In this document: positions 9,609-18,221 of the stretch, in pieces
Layout of the letters: the number at the start of each line of letters is the position of its first letter
How positions within the stretch are numbered: position 1 is the stretch's first letter
Origin: an uncultured Mageeibacillus sp.
GTDB lineage: Bacteria; Bacillota; Clostridia; Saccharofermentanales; Saccharofermentanaceae
Direction: 5' to 3'
Length of the DNA stretch: 64,000 bases
NCBI GenBank assembly: GCA_964579245.1
Contig: CAZOFY010000002.1
Coordinates: forward strand, 5,081-69,080
Notes under the pieces: model-generated
Seen by the model: the letters and a program-made list of their open reading frames with translations, nothing else
Database searches by the model: none
What the model was told of the DNA's origin: nothing
Position numbers and translations under genes: made by a program

Positions 9609-11507
9609 TCAACCTAAGCGGAACATATTGAAAAACACAAACATAGCTGTAAGAAGCAAAACAATCAGAATAATCAGAAGGATAGACATTCTAGATAGTC
9701 CGAAATCACTTGCTGCTAATCTGGAGCACTTTCTCTTCTTCTCGTTGCTGTCCTTGTTCACGTCAGCCGAAGTAGCAGTTACTTCCTCGCTGTTCTTCTT
9801 ATCGTCGGACGTACCAACTTCTAATACACCTTTGAATCCGGCATGTCTTTTTAGATCTACATCAACCAGCTTATTCTGATTCAGAAAAGCATCGCCAATC
9901 GGACGGCCGTTATATAATACAGGATTCTTGTTCACTTCTTCCTTCTGAGAACTGTTTCCTTTCTGATCAGGTACATGAATAATGGCATCCATAATGGATC
10001 GCTTCACATTCGGAATACGACTTGCTTCAAGAATTCTTTTACGATTGGAGTAAGGGAATAAATCATAATAAGCTTCATTCTCATACCGTTTCGATAAAAG
10101 CTCCTTCAGATAAACAGACAAGGCGTGATGCCAATCAATCGTCTCAAATCGCTTCCCATCTGCAAAAGCCTCGTAAATCATCCGGCGCAAATGATCCGGC
10201 ATCCCCATCCAGATCTGATCATACCCGCCCAGCGGAATCCGGCTGTTGTCCTCATCTTGAATATCATACGGGAAGGAAAGTGAGGCAATCTCCTCGCGAA
10301 GCGTCTCCTTGCCCATGCGTTGATTGTATGGGTGCTGTCCGCAAAACAGCATAGAAAATGCAAGAATTCCACAGGAATAATCCTCGTGTAGAGGCGACCG
10401 GAGAAATGTCTGAAAAGAAGTATCCCACAACTCCGGTGGAGTAAACTCCTCTGTGCCTACGGGACAAGGAAGGTCTTCAAGCTGAACACTGTCCATATCG
10501 ATCAGGAAAGTCTCCTCAGAATTCTTGATCATGGCATTCTTGAGCTGAATATCACCGATCAGAATTCCGGAAAGGTGCAAATAAATCATTTTCTCAAATA
10601 CTTGTTGCGCTGCACGGACAACAGAAGCTCGATTCCAGTCCGGAAATCTCTCAAGAATTGCGTCCTGACCATCGAAAACCGAGCCGAGAGTATAGCCCTC
10701 CGCACGAGGCATCGTGAAGCCGACCGGCTCATGATTGCTGTTGTAGAGAAGCTCATTTGGCCAGCAGACTCCCTTCGCCTTAAGCCCAAGCTTAGTCATA
10801 CGAGTCAGCTTCAGCCAGCGAAGCGGTGTCATGACGCCGCGATGATATATCTTTGCAACCATAGTGGCATCATTCGTCTTGAAAACAAGGCCTTCCGCTC
10901 CGGTACTGATCTTCTCGGAAAGAAGGACAGCCTTGCCCTCGGGCGTAAAAACGCGGTCACCTACATTCACGTAAATCCCAACATCAAGATATTCTGATGA
11001 GGACGCTACAGAATTGACTTCGGCCGGGTGATTGCGCTCTAAATAATCGTTTGTACTGGTAAATATGTCATACTTGTCATGGTCAAAAACAATAATCTGC
11101 GCGGAGGATTCTGCGCTATGCAATCGTATTTGGCTGAGGATAGGAGAATGGCATCCGGTAAGCAAACAAACACGATCCTGATCTGCGTATCTCTTGAAAA
11201 CCTCAAACATCGACATTTCCGGTTCAATGATCCTCTCACAACCGGATGCCTCCATACGGTCAAAATAGGTATCACTATCGGGAAACAGCAGTTCATCCTT
11301 ATTCCCATTCGGTAAATGCGTATTACGGACACAGATCTCATATTGTTCATACGAGGAGGAAGTGACGATCTTCGACCTGTTCTGAGAAAGGCTGTCAACA
11401 ATTTCTAAAAAAACAGGCAAACGACCTATCTCGAAGTATGCGGGATAGTCAAATAGAACGACCTCATATCGCAGAAAAAGATCCGTCCATTCATTCTGCA
11501 TAGACAT
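9609..11507 (-). CDS. Atypical Ser/Thr protein kinase (YegI / TerY-P type), C-terminally tail-anchored
   Basis: Kinase core motifs: G-loop STGAEGLVF, VAIK-like MVAKIY, catalytic loop GDIQLKN, DFG-equivalent IDMDS, APE-equivalent FTPPE. About 190 aa of unassigned N-terminal sequence. One C-terminal TM helix (ILLIILIVLLLTAMFVFFNMF). The track start 11516 is TTG; ATG 11507 or 11501 is more likely. Confidence 0.8.
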   Translation of the reverse strand: MSMQNEWTDLFLRYEVVLFDYPAYFEIGRLPVFLEIVDSLSQNRSKIVTSSSYEQYEICVRNTHLPNGNKDELLFPDSDTYFDRMEASGCERIIEPEMSMFEVFKRYADQDRVCLLTGCHSPILSQIRLHSAESSAQIIVFDHDKYDIFTSTNDYLERNHPAEVNSVASSSEYLDVGIYVNVGDRVFTPEGKAVLLSEKISTGAEGLVFKTNDATMVAKIYHRGVMTPLRWLKLTRMTKLGLKAKGVCWPNELLYNSNHEPVGFTMPRAEGYTLGSVFDGQDAILERFPDWNRASVVRAAQQVFEKMIYLHLSGILIGDIQLKNAMIKNSEETFLIDMDSVQLEDLPCPVGTEEFTPPELWDTSFQTFLRSPLHEDYSCGILAFSMLFCGQHPYNQRMGKETLREEIASLSFPYDIQDEDNSRIPLGGYDQIWMGMPDHLRRMIYEAFADGKRFETIDWHHALSVYLKELLSKRYENEAYYDLFPYSNRKRILEASRIPNVKRSIMDAIIHVPDQKGNSSQKEEVNKNPVLYNGRPIGDAFLNQNKLVDVDLKRHAGFKGVLEVGTSDDKKNSEEVTATSADVNKDSNEKKRKCSRLAASDFGLSRMSILLIILIVLLLTAMFVFFNMFRLG

Positions 11508-11534
11508 CCCCGCCAATCCTATACACTTTCATTT

Positions 11535-11563
11535 ATAGTACATGAAGGAAAATAGCTTTACAA
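11535..11563 (-). promoter_or_regulatory. Candidate sigma-A promoter of the kinase-vWA-PP2C operon
   Basis: Minus strand reads TTGTAA-17 nt-TACTAT. It lies between the lysA terminator and the kinase start. Confidence 0.35.
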
Positions 11564-11590
11564 GAGAAAAATATACAATTCTCTCTATTA

Positions 11591-11625
11591 ATGATAAATA
11601 AACGACTGCCTTTTCGCAGCCGTTT
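11591..11625 (-). terminator. Intrinsic terminator after lysA
   Basis: Minus strand: AAACGGCTGC-GAAAAG-GCAGTCGTTT followed by ATTTATC. 10-bp stem with one G-U pair, about 17 nt after the lysA stop. Confidence 0.7.
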
Positions 11626-11641
11626 ACCGGAAAGAATCAGC

Positions 11642-12895
11642 TTATAGATCGGGAAATCCGGAGACAAGATATTCTAAGGTATCTCTCTTCCGGATTAATT
11701 TCGGATTTCCGTCCAGATCGATCAATACCTCTGCCGGCCGAAGGCGGTTGTTGTAATTCGAACACATCGAATAACCATATGCCCCGGCATCAAGGACGCA
11801 CAGTACATCCTCCTCAATAACCTTCGGTAACAGACGCTCCTTCGCCAGAATATCTCCTGTCTCACAAATGTTGCCGACAACGGTCACCGTCTCCGAACCC
11901 TCTGTCTCGGTTACGATTTGTCCCTGGCGATAAACCTCTATGTCATGCCACGAGTCATACATAACAGGTCGTACAAGTACATTCATACCGATGTCCGTTC
12001 CAACATAGGTAATTCCGTTGTTGGATTTCTTCGCATGTACAGTGCCCAATAGGACACCCCCCTCGGCAGCAATATACCGCCCGGGCTCTGACTTGAAAAC
12101 GACACTCCTGCCGTACTTCCGAGTAAACTCATCCACAACCAGGTCAAGCTCTTTTCCGAATGACAGTAAATCAAATTCCTTCTCACCACTTAATTTGTGA
12201 TAAGGAATTCCAAAACCGCCTCCAAAATCAACAAACTCCAGTTCTGTAAATTGGAGGGCAAGCTCCAGAAAATGTTTGACCGCTGCCAAAAACGGTGTAC
12301 CGTCCATAAAAAGCGAACCAATATGTTGATTCACACCAACGATATGAAGATCATACTGTTCCGCAATCCGGAATATTTCAGGAATTTCCGCTTCCGCGAT
12401 CGCAAATTTTGTTTTCTTCCCTGCCGTCACCACCTTCTCATGGTGCCCGGCACCGATTCCTGGATTAAGCCGGACGGAACACCGTCCGCCACGGTTGAGT
12501 CTTCCGAAACGCTCAAGCTGAGAAAGACTGTCGAGGCTCGTCATTATCTGATTCTCGATGGCATACCGCAACTCTTCATCAGATACGTTGTTTGAGACGT
12601 AGAAGATACGTTCCTTTGGAAAACCTGCCTTCATCAAAACATAGATTTCTCCGGGAGACATTGCGTCCGCATTCAGTCCTTCCTCGCAGGCAAGTCGAAG
12701 TATGGAAAGGTTTGAATTCGTCTTAATTGAATAGTTAGCAGTGTAATTGGGAGAGGATATCAATTTGGCAGCATTTCTCATTTGTTTTCTCAGGATGGAT
12801 TCATTGTAGACATAAAGGGGCGTTCCATATGTCTTGACAAGTTCCTCAGGGTTGGAACGGCCAAAGAAATGATTCTGTTGTGTAAAAGATATCAT
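11642..12895 (-). CDS. lysA: Diaminopimelate decarboxylase
   Basis: 417-aa Orn/DAP/Arg decarboxylase fold-III PLP enzyme (YGTPLYVYNE, NYSIKTN, GGGFGIPY, ...CETGD...). AGGAGG RBS. Confidence 0.9.
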   Translation of the reverse strand: MISFTQQNHFFGRSNPEELVKTYGTPLYVYNESILRKQMRNAAKLISSPNYTANYSIKTNSNLSILRLACEEGLNADAMSPGEIYVLMKAGFPKERIFYVSNNVSDEELRYAIENQIMTSLDSLSQLERFGRLNRGGRCSVRLNPGIGAGHHEKVVTAGKKTKFAIAEAEIPEIFRIAEQYDLHIVGVNQHIGSLFMDGTPFLAAVKHFLELALQFTELEFVDFGGGFGIPYHKLSGEKEFDLLSFGKELDLVVDEFTRKYGRSVVFKSEPGRYIAAEGGVLLGTVHAKKSNNGITYVGTDIGMNVLVRPVMYDSWHDIEVYRQGQIVTETEGSETVTVVGNICETGDILAKERLLPKVIEEDVLCVLDAGAYGYSMCSNYNNRLRPAEVLIDLDGNPKLIRKRDTLEYLVSGFPDL

Positions 12896-12977
12896 ATATC
12901 CTCCTGATCAGTCAGTAATTTTGCAAGAAATGATTACATCCTGCAAGATTTATGCAAGCAACATATATATTAGCATC

Positions 12978-13006
12978 ATTTTACAGGGATTTATAAGCGT
13001 TTTCAA
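12978..13006 (-). promoter_or_regulatory. Sigma-A promoter for lysA
   Basis: Minus strand TTGAAA-17 nt-TAAAAT, about 75 nt upstream of the lysA ATG. Confidence 0.6.
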
Positions 13007-13055
13007 GGTATATTTTGCAACTTTTATACCGTCTTGCGTCGAATGTCACTGCAAT

Positions 13056-14912
13056 TCATTCAATTCCTATTAACTTCATGAGGAATCTCGCATTCGTCGA
13101 GGTAGATATCCCTTCCGAAAGCACATAATCAAAATGAATTCCCTCTTCATCGTAATGCTCAGAGAAATGATAATTAATAATAGAGAATCCCTTCTGGTTT
13201 TCTTCCGAGCACAATTCATAGTCATGTGTAGACATCAAGCCGACGATCCACGGTTCCGAAAGATTTCTCAGAACGATTTTTGCGCCATCCGTACGATCGC
13301 GTGAATTCGTCCCGCGAAAAATCTCATCAATTAAAAACAGAAGAGGTTTACCTTCTCTGGATTTGCGAATGATTTTCTCGATGCGGATCAACTCTGCATA
13401 GAAGGTAGATACACCTCCGCTCAGGTCGTCTGCAATTCTCATAGAAGAACCGATCTGCATAAATCCTAATTCCAGTTTATCTGCACAACAATAGGTACCG
13501 GCGTAGGCTAATACCGCATTTATGCCTACGGTTCGCAACAGCGTCGTCTTGCCTGACATATTAGATCCTGTAATCAGTGATATACCGGATGGCAGGGAAA
13601 AATCATTACGGACCTGCTTCTTAATCGGAATCAAAGGGTGTCCCATACCGACAGCCGAGAAATACGCTTGCCGCTTCGCATCCTCCGGCGAACTGCGGAA
13701 GACCGGGAAGGAGAATTCCGGATAAATATAGGTAAATGTTGTGAGGCTCATCAACGCCTCCCACTCACCGAGAGCCCGAACATATCGAATCAGTCTTGAA
13801 CCGTTTGATTTTTTCCATCTCTCAAGAACATAAATGCAGATCACATCATATTGAAAAAGAACGTTCAAGATAAAAAACAGCAAAGGCTGGCTCCGGGCTT
13901 GAATGAGCAAACATATAGCATGCAGTCTCCTAACACTCGACGAGGCTGCCGGGGTTCTGCGGGTATCGTCATCGTACAAATCACGCTGGAGGCTGACCAG
14001 AGCATCCGCTTGCACCTTGGATTGCTCGATTTTCTGAAACAATCCGATATATGACAAAAGTTGATCGTGAAAATCTTCAACCGATGCAAATACCGGCTTA
14101 AATTTCTGATACTTCACCGCCATGAACGTGATTTGAAGACACAGAAATATCACGGGAACAAAAACCGGAACCACTAGGAAAACCCATGCCAACAGACCAA
14201 AAAGGATCAGAAGAAAGGAGTTGATTACCGAGACAACGAGCCATACTGTACTGACGGGTGTCGTCTCCCCTGCTGTTGCATCAGCGTAAGCAAGCAGTCG
14301 CCTGGGATCCTCAGCACTTCGTACGGACAGACGTCCGGCAGCTTCAAATTCCTGAACCATTTGAAGGTTATCCTTCAGTTCAGAGACAGCTTCTTGTCTT
14401 GCTGATATCTCTTCCCCGGTCTTATCAGGGCGCCCCGCGGTCAGAAGAAAATCCGCAAAGGCCGTCCTGCCGTACCAGGTCCGAGCAGTCGAGAGGAGAT
14501 GATAAAGGGATTGCGGTCCAAACAAATCCAAGTCAGCTGAAAAATCATGATTTGTATCGAGGAAATCCTCACCTGTATCAGAAAGAAGTGAAAAGTCATG
14601 ATTGAGCCTTGCCAGGTATTCCTTATGGATTGTCTCGAGAGTCTGGAGAAGTGTCATATCCCGTTTGATCTGAGAGTGGTACAAGGCCAGAATAAGGAAC
14701 GAAAGAAACAGTACCGCCGGAACAAGATAAGCCGGTGCTGCAAGCTTGAACGATATCGTCGCAATCAGCGAGGCCAAAGCCAATACAAACAGAACAAATC
14801 GTAGATTACTTATAAGATCGGACTTCTTCTGATTCTTCGTCAGTCTCGCCTGGATATCTACCGCTCGTTTGGAGAAAATCTGGTCGCGGTCCTCTATTGC
14901 CTTCATCTGCAC
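13056..14912 (-). CDS. Membrane-anchored MutS-family ATPase (MutS domain V only; no mismatch-binding or Smr domain)
   Basis: C-terminal MutS ABC-ATPase motifs GSNMSGKTTLLRTVG, DEIFRGTNSRDR and STHDYEL. The N-terminal half has several hydrophobic helices (e.g. LRFVLFVLALASLIATISF, VWLVVSVINSFLLILFGLLAWVFLVVPVFVPVIFL). GTG start 7 nt after AGGGAGG. Confidence 0.8.
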   Translation of the reverse strand: MQMKAIEDRDQIFSKRAVDIQARLTKNQKKSDLISNLRFVLFVLALASLIATISFKLAAPAYLVPAVLFLSFLILALYHSQIKRDMTLLQTLETIHKEYLARLNHDFSLLSDTGEDFLDTNHDFSADLDLFGPQSLYHLLSTARTWYGRTAFADFLLTAGRPDKTGEEISARQEAVSELKDNLQMVQEFEAAGRLSVRSAEDPRRLLAYADATAGETTPVSTVWLVVSVINSFLLILFGLLAWVFLVVPVFVPVIFLCLQITFMAVKYQKFKPVFASVEDFHDQLLSYIGLFQKIEQSKVQADALVSLQRDLYDDDTRRTPAASSSVRRLHAICLLIQARSQPLLFFILNVLFQYDVICIYVLERWKKSNGSRLIRYVRALGEWEALMSLTTFTYIYPEFSFPVFRSSPEDAKRQAYFSAVGMGHPLIPIKKQVRNDFSLPSGISLITGSNMSGKTTLLRTVGINAVLAYAGTYCCADKLELGFMQIGSSMRIADDLSGGVSTFYAELIRIEKIIRKSREGKPLLFLIDEIFRGTNSRDRTDGAKIVLRNLSEPWIVGLMSTHDYELCSEENQKGFSIINYHFSEHYDEEGIHFDYVLSEGISTSTNARFLMKLIGIE

Positions 14913-14961
14913 GATGTTGCCTCCCTGAAATCTTTATTTATCCATTGATTCTATCATATTC

Positions 14962-14990
14962 TTGGAACACATCTGCATACCTGTTATAAT
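14962..14990 (+). promoter_or_regulatory. Sigma-A promoter (extended -10) for the ABC exporter gene
   Basis: TTGGAA-17 nt-TATAAT with TGT immediately upstream of the -10 box; 32 nt upstream of ATG 15022. Confidence 0.65.
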
Positions 14991-15021
14991 TATTAGGTTC
15001 TAAAGCAGAAAGGGAAACGCC

Positions 15022-16797
15022 ATGAAGAAGAGTCTGACACTTGAGGATTTTCAGAAAAAAAGCATACTGTCTCTATTTATATCTTATTATCGACCCAATA
15101 CGAAGCTTTTCTTCATCGACATATTCTGCGCATTTCTCATATCAGCTGTTGATCTGTCCTTTCCTGCGCTCTCCAGGATCGCCTTACAAACGTATTTGCC
15201 CGAGAAGCAGTATCAGGCCTTCTTTCTCATTATTTTTCTGCTGTTCGGTTTTTTTGTTGTACGCGGAGCCATGCAATTCGTTGTGTCTTATTGGGGACAC
15301 TTGATGGGCGCAAATATCGAGATGCAGATGCGGCGCGACTTGTTCACTCACTTGCAAAGGCAGTCCTTCTCTTTTTTCGATAAAAGCCGAACCGGGAGTC
15401 TGATGAGCCGTATCCTGTCTGATCTGTTTGATATCACGGAGTTGGCGCATCACGGTCCCGAAGACCTATTTATTTCGGTTGTGACGATTATAGGATCGTT
15501 CATTATTCTGCTTTCCGTTAATCTGACTCTCACAATCTGTCTGTTTATCTTTCTACCGATCCTGATCACATTTACACTATTTCTACGGAAAAGAATGTCG
15601 GCGGCATCTCATGCGCTTAAGGAAAACACGGCGGAAATTAATTCTCAAATTGAATCCGGAATATCCGGCATTCGAGTGTCGAAGGCTTTTGCAAACGAAA
15701 AATTTGAATCAGAGAAGTTTCTTCAGGGCACATGGAAATATCGGACCGCCCGTGGAAAGTTTTATCTTATTATGGCTTCCTTCTTCTCCGGAATGGAGTT
15801 TCTGATCAGTCTGATGAACATATTGGTTATCGGGATCGGCGGATACCTGATAATGGAAGGAAAAATGGAGATCATTGACCTTGTAACCTTCACTCTTTAC
15901 ATTGCTATGTTTTTATCCCCCATACGAAAGCTAACCAATTTTACCGAACTCTTCCAATCAGGCATGGCGGGATTTTCCCGTTTTGTTGACTTGATGAAGC
16001 AGAAGCCGGAAATATCTGATCGTCCTAATGCCCTAACGCTTGAGCAGGTTAAAGGTGACATTTCTTTCTCTCACGTTTCTTTCTCCTATAGCAAAGATGA
16101 TGACGCCGAGAATGTATTGGATAATATTGAGCTTTCTGTTCCCGCCGGAAAATCCTTTGCGATCGTCGGTCCGTCCGGCAGCGGTAAGACGACTCTCTGC
16201 CACCTGGTCCCGCGTTTCTACGAGGTGAAGTCCGGACAGATTCTTATTGACGGGATCGACATTCGTGATATAAAGATCGATTCCTTGCGAAGAAATGTCG
16301 GTATCGTCCAACAGGATGTATTTCTGTTTCCTTCGACCATTCTAGAGAACATCCGTTACGGCAATTTGGAGGCCACGGATGACGAGGTGATCGAGGCTGC
16401 GATAAAAGCCAAGCTGCATGATTTTGTTATGAGTTTGCCGGATGCTTATCATTCGCAGGTCGGAGAACGCGGCATCATGCTTTCCGGCGGGCAAAAACAG
16501 CGAATATCGATTGCCAGAGTTTTCCTGAAGAACCCCTCCATTCTTCTGCTGGATGAAGCGACATCGGCACTGGATACGCAAACAGAAAAAGAGATCCAGC
16601 AGTCCCTTGAAGCACTTTCCAAAGGCAGGACCTCATTAATCGTTGCTCATCGGCTCTCAACGATTCGACGGGCAGATGTCATTATTTATCTCGATGAGGA
16701 TGGAATTGCAGAACTTGGCTCACACGCGGAGCTAATGGAGATGAAGGGAAAATATTACAACCTGCATCAGATTCAGTTCTCCGGTACGTCCGCTTGA
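15022..16797 (+). CDS. ABC exporter, fused permease/ATPase (MsbA/MdlB-like)
   Basis: Six-TM N-terminal half. Walker A GPSGSGKTT, signature LSGGQKQRISIARV, Walker B ILLLDEATSALD. Confidence 0.9.
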   Translation: MKKSLTLEDFQKKSILSLFISYYRPNTKLFFIDIFCAFLISAVDLSFPALSRIALQTYLPEKQYQAFFLIIFLLFGFFVVRGAMQFVVSYWGHLMGANIEMQMRRDLFTHLQRQSFSFFDKSRTGSLMSRILSDLFDITELAHHGPEDLFISVVTIIGSFIILLSVNLTLTICLFIFLPILITFTLFLRKRMSAASHALKENTAEINSQIESGISGIRVSKAFANEKFESEKFLQGTWKYRTARGKFYLIMASFFSGMEFLISLMNILVIGIGGYLIMEGKMEIIDLVTFTLYIAMFLSPIRKLTNFTELFQSGMAGFSRFVDLMKQKPEISDRPNALTLEQVKGDISFSHVSFSYSKDDDAENVLDNIELSVPAGKSFAIVGPSGSGKTTLCHLVPRFYEVKSGQILIDGIDIRDIKIDSLRRNVGIVQQDVFLFPSTILENIRYGNLEATDDEVIEAAIKAKLHDFVMSLPDAYHSQVGERGIMLSGGQKQRISIARVFLKNPSILLLDEATSALDTQTEKEIQQSLEALSKGRTSLIVAHRLSTIRRADVIIYLDEDGIAELGSHAELMEMKGKYYNLHQIQFSGTSA

Positions 16798-17582
16798 ATC
16801 CATCGATCAGGAAGGCGCCGGGGTATAACATAATCCAGCACATCTCCGATGCTGTCATGCACGGTCAACATCGCCTGAAGATCCAGATATGTCGAGCTCT
16901 TGTTAATAATTACAACCCTGTCATGCGGTAAAAACTGAGCAAAGGTCGCTGCCGGGTACACCGTTAATGAGGTACCGCCGATAATCATCAAATCCGCTTT
17001 CTCAATAAGAGAAATCGCACGGTCAATATTGGCATGATCCAGGTGTTCTTCATACAACACAACGTCGGGACGAACAATTCCGCCGCATTTTACACACCGT
17101 GGAATGCCTTGCCCTTTTAGGATAAAGTCAAGCTCATACTCTGTTTTACAATCCATGCAGTAATTCCGGAAAACGGATCCGTGAAGTTCTATCGTCTTCT
17201 TGCTTCCGGCCATCTGATGAAGATTATCTATGTTCTGTGTAATAACGGCCTTAAGCTTGCCGGACTTCTCCAGACGGTAAAGAGCTTTGTGAGCCTTATT
17301 AGGCTTAGCCTTCGGGTAACAAAGCTTGCGTCGGTAGAAATCGTAAAACTCGGCTGTATGTTCGACAAAAAAGGAATGGCTGATAATATCAACGGGACGG
17401 TAGGAAAGACCGCTGTCTTGATTATAAATACCCTGACCGCTCCGAAAATCCGGAATTCCACTTTCTGTGGATACACCAGCCCCTCCGAGGAAGACAATAT
17501 TATCTGACTGTGCAATCAGATTCTTAAGCTTGTTCAGCTTCCTCTCGCGAGCTCCTTCATATCGGTCAAGTCTTGTTTCCAC
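16773..17582 (-). CDS. cobB: NAD-dependent protein deacylase, Sir2 family
   Basis: GAGVSTESGIPDFRS, QNIDNLH, and Zn-ribbon cysteines CxxC...CxxC (CMDC...CVKC). GTG start. Its 3' end overlaps the convergent ABC gene by 25 nt. Confidence 0.88.
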   Translation of the reverse strand: METRLDRYEGARERKLNKLKNLIAQSDNIVFLGGAGVSTESGIPDFRSGQGIYNQDSGLSYRPVDIISHSFFVEHTAEFYDFYRRKLCYPKAKPNKAHKALYRLEKSGKLKAVITQNIDNLHQMAGSKKTIELHGSVFRNYCMDCKTEYELDFILKGQGIPRCVKCGGIVRPDVVLYEEHLDHANIDRAISLIEKADLMIIGGTSLTVYPAATFAQFLPHDRVVIINKSSTYLDLQAMLTVHDSIGDVLDYVIPRRLPDRWIQADVPEN

Positions 17583-17672
17583 CTAAATTCTTTGCTCCCG
17601 AAGCGATACTCTCAATACTATGTATCCTCTTCTATTCCTAATGATGTCCAACCGTTCGAATTTATTGTATTA

Positions 17673-18089
17673 TCAATTAATGATCATGTCCATGCCGGAA
17701 GCACCAAACATTTCCTTACCCATGACTCGCTTCTCGTCACGTTCACGCTCAACAATATTGCTGATAAGCGTCCGAATCTTATCACTGTTCTTAATATTCT
17801 TGATCTCAAGATTGGGGTTCGACTTATCTGCGGTTGAAAGATTGATGGTCCCGACGCGAAAAATCTTCTGAAACAAGTTTCTTGAAAGCTTCACGTCCAG
17901 CACTCGATACAGAAGGAGCTCATCCATGACAGAGTTAAGCAGGCCACGCTTAACATAAATTCGATTATCATCCATAGAATACTTGGTAAACGAAATCGGC
18001 ATCCCGAGAATTCTCTTCCGGTCATGCCAAAGAATCTCATCCTTTACAAGCAGGTCATCAATCTTGTTCTGTGTTGATTCACTAGCCAT
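17673..18089 (-). CDS. Bacterial PH-domain protein (bPH_2 / YdbS-YdbT-like)
   Basis: 138 aa. The pattern ...YSMDDNRIYVKRGLLNSVMDELLLYRVLDVKLSRNLFQKIFRVGTINL... is typical of bPH_2. GGAGGTG RBS. Confidence 0.65.
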   Translation of the reverse strand: MASESTQNKIDDLLVKDEILWHDRKRILGMPISFTKYSMDDNRIYVKRGLLNSVMDELLLYRVLDVKLSRNLFQKIFRVGTINLSTADKSNPNLEIKNIKNSDKIRTLISNIVERERDEKRVMGKEMFGASGMDMIIN

Positions 18090-18221
18090 CTCGCACCTCC
18101 ATGATAATATTTTGGAACATCATCTTATTATAATATTTTTACTACCTTTTCGTCTATCAAATTTGCCTTATTTCCGCCTTCTCAAGGGATATTCAAATCA
18201 GATATACGCGGATACGTACGA

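Noticed and set aside
9022-9879. 285-aa plus-strand ORF.
   Set aside because: Entirely antisense to the well-supported vWA and kinase genes. The sequence is low-complexity and Ser/Arg-rich with no motifs, so it is a shadow ORF.
12896-13055. Possible lysine riboswitch (L-box) upstream of lysA.
   Set aside because: The leader from the predicted TSS is only about 75 nt, AT-rich, and lacks the conserved L-box helices and motifs. A covariance-model scan would settle it.
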